Shown here piece by piece: positions 37,783 to 47,084 of a DNA stretch of 64,000 nucleotides. The stretch comes from Candidatus Brocadiia bacterium (GTDB lineage: Bacteria > Planctomycetota > Brocadiia > CAIUPP01): the NCBI GenBank assembly GCA_050015075.1, contig JBEKCB010000004.1:1-64000 (forward strand), written 5' to 3'. Below the pieces are notes generated by a model that did no database searches, had not been told where the DNA came from, and saw nothing but the letters and a program-made list of their open reading frames with translations. Every line of letters begins with the position of its first letter. The first letter of the stretch is position 1. The translations under genes were made by a program, and so were the position numbers.

Positions 37783-38867
37783 CGCCAGGCCTCGGATCTG
37801 TTGACCAGGATGACCGGGGGCGACACAAGCGGGCCACAACTCACGGCGCAGGCACCCCATGAATATCCAACACCGAAGCCCGCCAGCAACAGGCGGAGCG
37901 GCCGGGAACTGATCTCCTCGCGCAGTTGCGTGGTGATGGTGAGCGGTATTGATGAAGAACTGGTGTTTCCGTATTCCCTCAAAGAGAAGGGCACTTTGTT
38001 GAGCGGCACCTTCATGGCTTTAGCCAAATGGGTGAGCATGAATTTGTTGGCTTGGTGAAAGACAAAGTCATCCACCTCCTCCATCTTCCACCCGGCAGCC
38101 GTCAGCGCTCGGTTCACAAGGGGCGGGACCTCCCGGATGGTGAAGGCAAAGACTTCCGCTCCGTCCATGTATAGGTCCTCGGCACTTCGTTGATTGTCCG
38201 CTTCCGCCTTCCGCCGAATATGGGTTGTCTCGTCCTGCGGATGCCGGGAGTACTGCAGCCCGGTCGGGATGATCAGGTTCTTCCAGCCGGTCCCGTCCGT
38301 TCCAAGCGAGAAGACGCACGGCCCGACTGCGTCGTCCTTTTCCAAGGCCGTGGCGGAGCCGGCGTCACCGAACAAGAGGCTGAGGGCACGGTCCAATGGC
38401 GACGAAAGAAGGCTCGCAGTGTCGCCGGCCAACACAAGCACCCGCGACAGACCGGACCCGGCAATCAAACTGGCTCCCAGCCAGAGACCATAGACATATC
38501 CCGAGCAACCGAGCGCCACGTCGAAGGCCGCGCAGGAATGCGGCAGCCCCAATCGCATCTGTAGGACGCAACTGGTGGCCGGGATACACGGGAAATCGGG
38601 GGTTTGCGTGACGAACACCAAGCCTTCAATGCTCTCCGGACTCCAGCGGAGTTCCTGCAGCAGGCGTTGCGCCGCCGCATAGCACAGGTCCGAACTGCAC
38701 AACCCAGGAGTGGTCAGGTGCCGGTATTCGATGCCCGTGTTCATGGAGATCTTCTGCACCATCTCGGCCCCGAAGATATCCGTAGCCGCCGACACTGGCG
38801 CGCGCGTGTCCGGCACGGCGCTGGCAATGCCCGCCACCCGAACACCTGGTATCTTGGCGGTCGCCAC
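37776..38867 (-). CDS. 3-oxoacyl-ACP synthase III (FabH-like), second copy
   Basis: DVALGCSGY, FHQAN, YGNTSSSS, GFGVGYSW. Confidence 0.93.
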   Translation of the reverse strand: MATAKIPGVRVAGIASAVPDTRAPVSAATDIFGAEMVQKISMNTGIEYRHLTTPGLCSSDLCYAAAQRLLQELRWSPESIEGLVFVTQTPDFPCIPATSCVLQMRLGLPHSCAAFDVALGCSGYVYGLWLGASLIAGSGLSRVLVLAGDTASLLSSPLDRALSLLFGDAGSATALEKDDAVGPCVFSLGTDGTGWKNLIIPTGLQYSRHPQDETTHIRRKAEADNQRSAEDLYMDGAEVFAFTIREVPPLVNRALTAAGWKMEEVDDFVFHQANKFMLTHLAKAMKVPLNKVPFSLREYGNTSSSSIPLTITTQLREEISSRPLRLLLAGFGVGYSWGACAVSCGPLVSPPVILVNRSEAWRC

Positions 38868-38871
38868 GGAA

Positions 38872-39096
38872 CTACTTTTTCTCCACGAGTTTCATCAGGT
38901 CCGCAACGCTCTTGCATTGACGGAGATCGGCTGGCGCGACTCTGGTCCCATATTTCTCGTCCGCCATGGCCAGAAAGCTGACAAGGGCCAGAGAGTCCCA
39001 CCCCTGCAAACTGCCAAGTGGCGTCGCCAAGTTGAGCGACCCGGCGTCCGCCTCCAGCAGTTCTTCCAGGCGTGCGATGAACTCTTGTTCATTCAT
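38872..39096 (-). CDS. Acyl carrier protein, second copy
   Basis: 74 aa, acidic, GWDSL. Confidence 0.9.
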   Translation of the reverse strand: MNEQEFIARLEELLEADAGSLNLATPLGSLQGWDSLALVSFLAMADEKYGTRVAPADLRQCKSVADLMKLVEKK

Positions 39097-39268
39097 TCCA
39101 CGTCCCCGCATGTTGTGCTGTCGCTGGAGAATGGGTGGCAATCCAGAATTCCCCAGACGACCGAGGGTCCAAGACCGTCAGCGACCTTGTCGCCGACATT
39201 ATATCATCACACGAACACAAGAGCAAGTTTGCGAGGGTTCCGCCATCATTGGAGGATCCCTCCACTAA

Positions 39269-39450
39269 CAGGCTGCTAAAAGTTGACTTGACACGCATGT
39301 TATACTTCCGTGCAAAGGGTTCGAGTTTGGGAAGGAGCACCCGATGCGCGGAGACAGCAGCGAGCAGTTGCCGATCTACTTTGCGATTAATGTGGAGGCC
39401 GAGCTTCCGTCGAATCACCCGTTGCACGAGGTTCATCGGCGGATCGAGCC
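39269..39450 (+). mobile_element. Truncated IS5/IS1182-like element (left end + transposase N-terminus)
   Basis: CAGGCTGCTAAAA terminal-IR-like start, AAGGAG RBS, MRGDSSEQLPIYFAINVEAELPSNHPLHEV. Confidence 0.7.
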
Positions 39451-39485
39451 GCCCCGATTTGATTCAGCCCCGGCGGAAGTCGCCC

Positions 39486-40391
39486 TCATCGCGCCGCTCC
39501 GCGAGAAGCCCTCTGCCGGCCGCCGAGCAGATAGCGCAGCAGCGCTTTCAGCCGGATGAAACGCCCCCGGCGGAAACTCGATCCGCCCGGGAGCGGGAAG
39601 AGACAGAACGACTTGAGCAGCCTCGTCAGCGCCTTCCGGCGCTCCCCCTGAACGAAATACACCCAGGAGCAATCTGCGCAGGCATTGCTGTAAGCCATTG
39701 CTTTGAGAACGTAGCGGTGGCGAGCCTGGGGCCAGTCGAAAGCCTTGTCCAGGACGCGCAGGAAGTTGCGTTCCATGGTCGCGGCGTTCTTGCTCATGTT
39801 CCCGGGATGGTGACGGATCGTCACGTAGTCGCCGACGAGCACGCCGATCTTCCCGCCGTCGCGGGTCAGGCGGAGCATCATGTCGCGGTCTTCGACGCTT
39901 CGCAGGGTCTCATCGAACTCCCCGACCTCGTTGAAAAGCGACTTCCGCATCAGCGCCGTCGAGCCGAACCCGGGGCCCGAAAAGAAGCAGTCCTCAAAGC
40001 CGAGCGCCTCCGTCGCGCCTTTCGGCCACGTACTCCAGCAGACGACGGCCTGATAACCTTGGGCGATGGCCAGCGACATCTGCGCGGCGATTTTCTCCGG
40101 CTTCCACGTGTCGTCCGAGTCCAGGAGCGCCACGTACTCTCCCCGCGCCGCGCGGATGCCGGCGTTGCGCGCGCCGGAAAGGCCGCGGTTCTCCTGGTAG
40201 AGGTAGCGGATGCGCCCGCGGTAAGGCTGCAAGCGCTCTGCGGTGTCGTCGGTCGAGCCGTCGTCCACGACGACGACCTCCACCGGCGAATAGGTCTGCG
40301 CCAGGGCGCTCTCCACCGCCTCGGCGACGAACCGGCCATAGTTGTACGTCGGTATGACGGCGCTGACCACCGGATTCGCCTCCGCGCTCAT
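39486..40391 (-). CDS. Glycosyltransferase family 2
   Basis: VIPTYN, VVDDGSTD, NRGLSGARNAG, LLDSDD, EDRD. Confidence 0.93.
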   Translation of the reverse strand: MSAEANPVVSAVIPTYNYGRFVAEAVESALAQTYSPVEVVVVDDGSTDDTAERLQPYRGRIRYLYQENRGLSGARNAGIRAARGEYVALLDSDDTWKPEKIAAQMSLAIAQGYQAVVCWSTWPKGATEALGFEDCFFSGPGFGSTALMRKSLFNEVGEFDETLRSVEDRDMMLRLTRDGGKIGVLVGDYVTIRHHPGNMSKNAATMERNFLRVLDKAFDWPQARHRYVLKAMAYSNACADCSWVYFVQGERRKALTRLLKSFCLFPLPGGSSFRRGRFIRLKALLRYLLGGRQRASRGAAR

Positions 40392-41140
40392 CGGCCGTGC
40401 CCCCGCGCAATGACGTCGCGAGAGAACTCCACTTGGCGCCGGGCCGTCTGGCCGATAGAGAAGTTAAGGATGTCAATAAACGCGATCTCCAATGCTTCCG
40501 AGACGACCTCAGGGGCAGTCATATACTGAGCGTCTTCCTTCCGATTGCGGAAACTATCCTGGATAAAATGTCCGAAGGCTTCATTCAAACTATCCAAGGC
40601 CCAACGGCCGAGATTCGCGGAGTCAGCAACTGGCAGCGATTCCAAGAGGGGAACGAGAGCCGACGCAAACGCGTCATCATCGGGACTCATATTGAGACAT
40701 GGACGGGGGCCAAAGGCTTCGATCTCATCAGGAAACTTCGCAGTAATCTCGGAGAAGACCTCATGTATCGCAGCTGCGATCCTGCGCGGGTTGCCGCACT
40801 TTATTTTGGCGAGCTGCTTCAGATAGTCGAGAGACAGCCTTGTCGTTGCCGAGGCGGGTGGATGGCGGGCATCGAGTACCCTCAAGACTAGGAGCTTGCA
40901 CATCTCATCCAATTTGGCGTTCGCGTCATTAAACTGTCCGATGCGATGGAATACCTTACGCAGTTCACGGAGAGCGTTGTAAAAGGTCGCATAGGAGCCA
41001 CGTTTGGCGTCGGAATCTAGTTCCTCTGGTCGGTGAGACTGACGCCCAGGTTTATTCGTCTGAAGTCGTGGCGAGTCGTGATCGTCAAAGAGATCGCCGC
41101 CAGAAGTGGTGCCGCGACCAATACCTGTTCGAGTGGCCAT
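40388..41140 (-). pseudogene. Truncated N-6 adenine DNA methylase (HsdM/type IIG-like), N-terminal part
   Basis: AKLDEMCKLL, DSLNEAFGHFI..RKEDAQYMTAPEVV; ends before the SAM-binding DPACG and NPPF motifs. Confidence 0.7.
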
Positions 41141-41208
41141 CCTTCCTTGCCTCTTTCTGTAATGCTGATATGCTACCGCTTCTGAGGAGATTGTTTCAAG
41201 TGCAGGCT

Positions 41209-41590
41209 TTACCCTGCGATGCTTGAGGCGATTCGACACATCTCTGCATCATCGAGCGGCGGCGGGCAGCGGTCGCGGTTTACCCGGAGCAGCGCCGAAG
41301 AGACTCCGTCTCCGTCATCCCGGACCGGCGCATGGTGCCGGCGAGGCTCGCCAGGGAGTCGTTCCTCCGTCCCTCTTGTATCAGATTGTCGCCCGGCTTT
41401 CCGTTGGCGGCCGGGGCCGACGTGGCGCGGCGTGTGGCCACCACGTTTCGATCTGTTTCTGGTCTGTGGTCGCGTTCTGGAAGCCGCGCGGTGTGAGCGG
41501 CTTCTTCGTTCTTGGTATACAGGGGAAGACTCGGAAGTCCATTTCCGCGTACCGCAGGGCGGCATCGCGCAGGTGACCATTGAGTTCAGA
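41209..41590 (-). pseudogene. Prim-Pol/PriCT primase remnant with internal deletion and frameshifts
   Basis: ALRYAEMDFRVFPCIPRTKKPLTPRGFQNATTD..IETWW, then EGRRNDSLASLAGTMRRSGM and VNRDRCPPPLDDAE in other frames. Confidence 0.8.
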
Positions 41591-41669
41591 ATCGCTCAGG
41601 CCTTGGTCCCTTCGCGGTTGGGATTCAGGAGCGTTTGTAGTCTCACGATGTCGGCGGACGAAAACAGGC

Positions 41670-41745
41670 GAGCGCCGTTCCGTGTTGTAGTAGCTCACCC
41701 ATGACTGCACCACGTAATTCATCTGCGATTCCAGTTGATTCAAGC
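41670..41745 (-). pseudogene. IS transposase C-terminal fragment
   Basis: MNYVVQSWVSYYNTERR resembles the YYNxxRPH integrase-core end. Confidence 0.45.
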
Positions 41746-41906
41746 GGCGCGCAAAGCCTCGTAATCCAAGTCTATATTCAGCCGGTAGCAGGCCCCCGCT
41801 AGTTACCCACTGAGCGCTACGTTTCGACAGTGTGACGGTCACTGTGGCGGGTTCACATCGGGCTGTCCGCATCGACGGGAAAAACCTTCGCGGTGTGAGA
41901 GTCAGT

Positions 41907-42692
41907 TCATGGCCTCCGGTCAGGCGACTTGAGTATTTCCTTCCGGAGCTCTTCGCTGGTCCAGAATGGCGAACCGCCAAAACGTGCGTCGTCCAGAAAC
42001 ACTGCGTCGTCAATTCCCCAGGACAACAAGCTTGCCCTGTCAGATGTGTCTATTTCCTCGTAGTTGACGCGATCTTCAATCCCGGCGACGGCTTCTCTGG
42101 CTCTGACGCACTCCTCGCATCCACCTCCGCACCAACCATTGACGAATACGGTAACCTTCCTCTTTCTTGCGTCTCTCGATGGTCTTCGCTTCAGTCGCAG
42201 CAGCGCAGGCGGGTCGGCGGCCTCGACAAATTTCTTCCAAACCAACACATCTCCGCCCCGCTTGTCCGCGCGGGAATACCCCATGTGTTCGTAGAATGAT
42301 ACGGGATTCCAATCCGGGATGTCCATGCCTCAGGCGGCAACCCCTTTCGCGCCGGATCCCCGTGCGTCCTCTTCGATGGAATTGAGGATAAACCTCCCGT
42401 AGCCTTTCCGTTGCTGATTGCCGACAAGGTGCTCATATCCGTGCACCCAGATGCAAAGAATGGCGAAAAGGTCCCGGCCGATAAAGTGCGAATGTTCGAT
42501 TGGCACGTATTGGCATAACCCCAAGACGGCGCCATCTTCGCGCATGAGCACCTTGGCGCGCAGTCCTCTTCGCTTTAGGCGCTCGTACCAACGGCGGCGT
42601 AGAGCGGTGACACCGGGAATTTCCGGCTTTTCGTCGTGCAGGCACCGGAAGAACGTCCCTTCCGTGCTCTCGGCGATGTCAACGAGTCTCAC
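41907..42692 (-). pseudogene. GNAT acetyltransferase with thioredoxin-like C-terminus, interrupted by an in-frame TGA
   Basis: QQRKGYGR acetyl-CoA motif; ..KGVAA-TGA(42332-42330)-GMDIPDWNPVSFYEHMGY.. continues in frame. Confidence 0.8.
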
Positions 42693-43054
42693 GGTCCGCG
42701 CTCCCTTCGGAAGAAACCGTTGTCATCGTACCTGATGATGTGAGCCCATGCAAATGCGGGGTTTTCCATGCAGGCGTTGATGAGCTCACACCTAGCCTGG
42801 ACAAGACATAAGCTGGACCAAAGGCCGTCTTTGAAGCGTCATTTGGCGGTAGGATGCGGGCCAGAAAGGGCGTCAGGATGTGGGTGGCGCGCCTGCGGCA
42901 TGCAGCAATACCTATGTCTTCCCATGCCTCAAAACTCGAAGGGTCAGTGTAGAATCCTGCCGTCGGTACGAACCTGCGACGACTCGGTAGAGAGGGCACT
43001 CGTTGGTCTCATCTGAAAGCACTTGCACGGCGCGTAGACACCTTCACCATCGCC

Positions 43055-43188
43055 AGACCGTAGGTGTGCTCCTGGATGTCTACGCTCAGACCTTCCGAGC
43101 GGACGAGCGCGCCGCCGTCGAGCGGCTGCCGTATTTCGGCGCGAAAAGTGGACAACAAATGGACACGCGGACCCAAGCGAGCGAGTGA
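43055..43188 (+). pseudogene. Second tyrosine-integrase C-terminal remnant
   Basis: TVGVLLDVYAQTFRADERAAVERLPYF, paralogous to 21023-21155. Confidence 0.75.
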
Positions 43189-43231
43189 AAAGCCTACTGT
43201 TTACAAAGCAAATCGCAAATCCGGCGCGCGT

Positions 43232-43277
43232 TTTCCTAAACCGCAGGTCGCACGTTCGACTCCTGCCGGGCGTGCCA
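43232..43277 (+). repeat. attR: direct repeat of the tRNA-Arg 3' end
   Basis: tttcctaaaccgcaggtcgcaCgttcgactcctgccgggcgtgcca, 45/46 identical to 20649-20694. Confidence 0.95.
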
Positions 43278-43375
43278 TTCTTTCCGACTGCCACGGATGC
43301 TGCAAAATGCCTATCCCTTCTAAGGGCTAATGACGGCCTGACCTCATCGCTTCCCTTTTGCCTCGTGACCGGTCG

Positions 43376-44227
43376 CTAGATAGCGCCGAAGAGTTTCTTC
43401 TCCAGCTCGGGCGTGAGCCTGCCGCCGTACTCGCAGCGCTCGAAGGCCTCTGCGAACTTGACGGCGTTGCCTTTCTTCTCGCCGTATTTGGCGACTAACT
43501 GCGGGCGGTAGCGGTCCGCCGCCTCCGACGAGCGTTTGCCGTATCGGTCCGCCGCGAACTTGCGCCGGCCGGCCCGGCTCTTCGGAACCTGATTCTCCGC
43601 CATTCCGGAATTCCAAGGGATCCATTCGAACACCTGGCTCTCGTGGCAGATAATGGCGCTGAGCTTCTTGTCCATCACCGAGTCAATGGCCACCACGAAG
43701 TCCGGATGGAACGGGATCGGCTTTTGGAAGTCGTCGGCCATATAAAGCACGGACGGGGCATGACGCAGCGCGGGGGTCTCCGGGCAGTTGTTGGGCACGG
43801 TGACCACGTAGGACGAGTCCTGGACCAGGATGGACGTGTAGCGGTGGTCGGGGTGGTAGTCGTTGGGACGGTGCGTGATGACGACGTCCGCGTTGAACTC
43901 GCGGATCAGCCGGATGAACATGCCGCGGTACTCGAGCGAGGCCACCAGGCCGCCGTTCATGATGGGCAGCACCTGGCTCTCGACACCGAGCACGGCGGCG
44001 GCGGCCTTCGCCTCCGCGATCCGGCGCCGCACCAACTCGATGCCGCCGATGCGATGGTGTCCGGTGCCGCCGTTGGTGGCGCTGACGAACCGCACCTTGT
44101 GTCCTTGCCGCGCCCAGAGGGCGGCGACGCCTGAACACTTCAACTCGCAATCATCCGGGTGGGCGCCGATCAGGAGAATCCGCAGCTTGCCGCCTTTTCG
44201 CGGTGCGCCGCGTCTTGCCATGGCCAT
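43376..44227 (-). CDS. PIG-L/LmbE family deacetylase
   Basis: AHPDD, HPDH, CHESQ. Confidence 0.92.
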   Translation of the reverse strand: MAMARRGAPRKGGKLRILLIGAHPDDCELKCSGVAALWARQGHKVRFVSATNGGTGHHRIGGIELVRRRIAEAKAAAAVLGVESQVLPIMNGGLVASLEYRGMFIRLIREFNADVVITHRPNDYHPDHRYTSILVQDSSYVVTVPNNCPETPALRHAPSVLYMADDFQKPIPFHPDFVVAIDSVMDKKLSAIICHESQVFEWIPWNSGMAENQVPKSRAGRRKFAADRYGKRSSEAADRYRPQLVAKYGEKKGNAVKFAEAFERCEYGGRLTPELEKKLFGAI

Positions 44228-44435
44228 GGGTCTTCCTTTCCAAGATGTCCACGCCTCGGGTTTTCAGCCGTTCCGCCGGGCGCGCGGGCACTCCCCGGCG
44301 GACGCGATGATGCCATGCGCTCTTCTTAGCCTCCGGTGGAGAGCTTGTCAAGAGCGGCGGGTGTGGTACATCCGTGCTAAAGGCGACTGAGTGGAGGAAG
44401 GAGCTGGTGTGGAGTTGACAATGTGCGCACACGTC

Positions 44436-46019
44436 TCAGACGCTGACATATCGGGTGCAGTTACGGCCGGAGTTTTTTGCCTGGTAGAGGCATTTATCCG
44501 CCTCGTCAATGATGAGGCTGCCGTCGAGGTTGGGAGAATCGAAAGGGACGTGCACCACGCCAACGCTAACCGTGATACCGGGAACTTCAGGGACCCAGCT
44601 CTTGGAGACCTCGGCGATACCGAGCCGCAGCTTTTCGGCGGTCGCAAGGGTGCCTGCCATGTCGGTCTCCGGCAACAGGACCACGAATTCCTCTCCGCCC
44701 AGCCGGGCCGGGACGTCGGTGGTGCGCACCTGCTGCTTGAGGAACACGGACAGAGCTGCCAGAACTTTGTCGCCGGCGAGATGTCCGTAGGTGTCGTTGA
44801 CTTTCTTGAAGTGGTCAATGTCAATCATCAGAAAGCCGATGGGGTGCGCGTAGCGCCGGGCTCGACTGATCTCGGCGACAAGGCTCCTGAGAAGATCGCG
44901 CCGGTTGGGAAGCTGCGTGAGTTCGTCGGTGGCCGCGAGCCGTTTGAGGTCTTCCGCCTCAGCCTTCAACTGGCGCATCTCGTCGGCGTGCTCCTCGACG
45001 CGCACTTCAAGCACGCGCGCATGACCACCCAGTTCGGTGGCCAGGTTGCTCAGTTCCTGCGCGGCCTTCAGGCGCACTTCCTCGTACGAGGGAATCTGGC
45101 GCGGATCGAGGCTGAAGATTTCGCAGGTCTGGCGCACGTCGTGGGCCACCTTTCTCAGAATGCCGTTGAGCGCGTCCTCCGTCAGATTGAATTGCTCCCG
45201 GGCTTCGCTGATCATGGCGGCGCCGACGGTTCTCCGCCCCCTGCCGTAGAAAACATCGGAGACTTTCGAGCAAAAGCCGAGCACTTGCGCAAGCCTGCAC
45301 GTGTCCTGGTCGGCGCCTAGAATCCTGCCGCCGTCCGGTTCGTGGTGATAGCATACCGGGCCGTAAACTTCTTCGGGGATGCCCCACTTCTTAAGGAGTT
45401 CGGACCCGACTTTCGCATGGCTGAAGCCGAGGATGCGCTGCTCGACGAATTCGATGGAGGCCGTGGGATGCTTGCGCTGCTCTTCGGTGACTTTAGCGTA
45501 CAGTTCCGGTATCGAACATTGGAGCGCGACCATGCCGATATCCTGCAAAATGCCGGCTGAAAACGCCTCATCGCGCTTGACCGGCCAGACCCGCTCAGTC
45601 ACGAGGCGCGCGCCGACCGCTGTGGTCAGCGCATGCCACCAGAACCGTTCTATGGGAAAACTCTCGGGCACTTTCCTGCTGATGTCCGCTTCGAGGCTGA
45701 AACCGAGGACCATCATCCGCGTGACTTTCAACCCCATGCGCACGATGGACTCGTTGATCGAAGTGACTTTGCTGCGGCTGCCGAAATAGGCGGAGTTGGC
45801 CATCCGCAGCAACTTGGCCACCAGGGCCGGGTCCGCGCTGATCATCTCCTCAAGGCGCTCGAAGTTTACGTCCGGGTCCCGGCTGCTGGCGAGGACCTTG
45901 GCCGCCACGACCGGCACGACGGGCACCGAGTCGCTCGTCAGGACCTGAGCCAGAAGCGACGCCGATGCCTGGGCTTGTTCACTGGTGATTTCGGGCATTC
46001 TCAGAAGCTCCTCCATCAT
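44436..46019 (-). CDS. HDOD-GGDEF diguanylate cyclase
   Basis: DPALVAKLLRMANSAYF HDOD; DIDHFKKVNDTYGH, RLGGEEF. Confidence 0.93.
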   Translation of the reverse strand: MMEELLRMPEITSEQAQASASLLAQVLTSDSVPVVPVVAAKVLASSRDPDVNFERLEEMISADPALVAKLLRMANSAYFGSRSKVTSINESIVRMGLKVTRMMVLGFSLEADISRKVPESFPIERFWWHALTTAVGARLVTERVWPVKRDEAFSAGILQDIGMVALQCSIPELYAKVTEEQRKHPTASIEFVEQRILGFSHAKVGSELLKKWGIPEEVYGPVCYHHEPDGGRILGADQDTCRLAQVLGFCSKVSDVFYGRGRRTVGAAMISEAREQFNLTEDALNGILRKVAHDVRQTCEIFSLDPRQIPSYEEVRLKAAQELSNLATELGGHARVLEVRVEEHADEMRQLKAEAEDLKRLAATDELTQLPNRRDLLRSLVAEISRARRYAHPIGFLMIDIDHFKKVNDTYGHLAGDKVLAALSVFLKQQVRTTDVPARLGGEEFVVLLPETDMAGTLATAEKLRLGIAEVSKSWVPEVPGITVSVGVVHVPFDSPNLDGSLIIDEADKCLYQAKNSGRNCTRYVSV

Positions 46020-46421
46020 CCTGTCCGAGGTGCGGTACTGCACTCTGGCTTTGCCTGGGCCTTGCGGGAGCCGCCGTCCGAATCGTTGCAGCTTTTCAGA
46101 GACTCGGGCACGTCTGCCGACAGCCTTCGCCACCGGCCCGGTGCAAACCGGAGGCTGAGTCCCCAGAGGCTGCATTTCAGCAAATTCACCCGGCAGGACG
46201 AGCGATCCGTAGATGAAGTCCTTCAACAATTTTCGAAAACACATCAAACTAACCGCACCCAGGTGAGCCTTCAATTGTTAATTTCCCCGGCGGGTATTGG
46301 GAAATTTCCTACAGACCACTGGAATGCTCAAGCCGTAACGGCGGCGAAGAGTAATGGCATTCGAGGGAGGCCGGAGACGAAAGAGAACCTGCGGCAGAAG
46401 AAAAAAGGCCGAGTCGCTGAC

Positions 46422-47084
46422 TCAGAGCTCCGTTAGCCCTTCTTGAAGCGCGTATCGGGCCAGCTCGACATCCGTGTGAAGCTTCAGCTTCTCCATGATA
46501 TGCTTTCGGTGGGCGAGAGCGGTGTTTTGGCTCACGCCGAGACGGGATGCCACGTCCTTTGAATTCAGCCCCTCCGCGATCAGTTGCAGCACTTCCCGCT
46601 CCCGGTCGCTCAAATCCTCAAACGGACCATGCGCGGGCGCGCGGTCACGCAGTACGAACTCCTCAACCACGGCCCTGGCAACCAGGGGGCTGACGTACAT
46701 ATCGCCGGCGAAGACCACGCGGACGGCCTCCACAAGTTCCCTCGGCGCTGATCCCTTGACGAGATAGCCCGCTGCACCGGCTTCCAACATGGCGCGAATC
46801 AACTTCTTCGATGTATGCATGGACAGGCACAACACTCTTGCGCCGGAACGACCCGCTGCGATCTGCCTTGTCGCTTCGATGCCGTTGAGGTCCGGCATGC
46901 CGATGTCCATGACGACGACGTCTGGACGTTCACTTTCAGTCAATTCCATCGCGGCACGGCCGTTGCCGACCTCGGCGACGACCCGCATATCCGGTTGGTC
47001 ATCGAGGAGACGACGCAGACCCGCGCGGACCAGTTCATGGTCGTCCGCGAGAAGGACGCGTATTTTCTTCTCCGAAACGCTCAT
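46422..47084 (-). CDS. NarL/LuxR-family response regulator
   Basis: LADDH, MDIGMP, LSDREREVLQLIAEG HTH; TGATG-coupled to the kinase. Confidence 0.95.
   Translation of the reverse strand: MSVSEKKIRVLLADDHELVRAGLRRLLDDQPDMRVVAEVGNGRAAMELTESERPDVVVMDIGMPDLNGIEATRQIAAGRSGARVLCLSMHTSKKLIRAMLEAGAAGYLVKGSAPRELVEAVRVVFAGDMYVSPLVARAVVEEFVLRDRAPAHGPFEDLSDREREVLQLIAEGLNSKDVASRLGVSQNTALAHRKHIMEKLKLHTDVELARYALQEGLTEL

Larger units (their letters stand above)
20649..43277. mobile_element. tRNA-Arg-anchored genomic island (~22.6 kb, decayed, no intact integrase)
   Basis: 46-bp direct repeat of the tRNA 3' half at 20649-20694 and 43232-43277 (1 mismatch); integrase, IS and Prim-Pol relics inside. Confidence 0.9.

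Noticed and set aside
27086-39096. Canonical tetronate antibiotic cluster
   Set aside because: No PKS or E2-type acetyltransferase; the hydrolase is secreted and separated by debris; LbH acyltransferase and GT2 point to glycan acylation
40388-41239. Functional restriction-modification or defence system
   Set aside because: Methylase lacks SAM-binding and catalytic motifs; no partner genes
42330-42332. Selenocysteine or genome-wide TGA recoding
   Set aside because: Context fits Trp rather than Cys, no SECIS evident, and many intact genes here end in TGA
43232-43277. Second tRNA-Arg gene
   Set aside because: Only the 3' 46 nt are present; no D-arm or 5' acceptor strand, so it is attR
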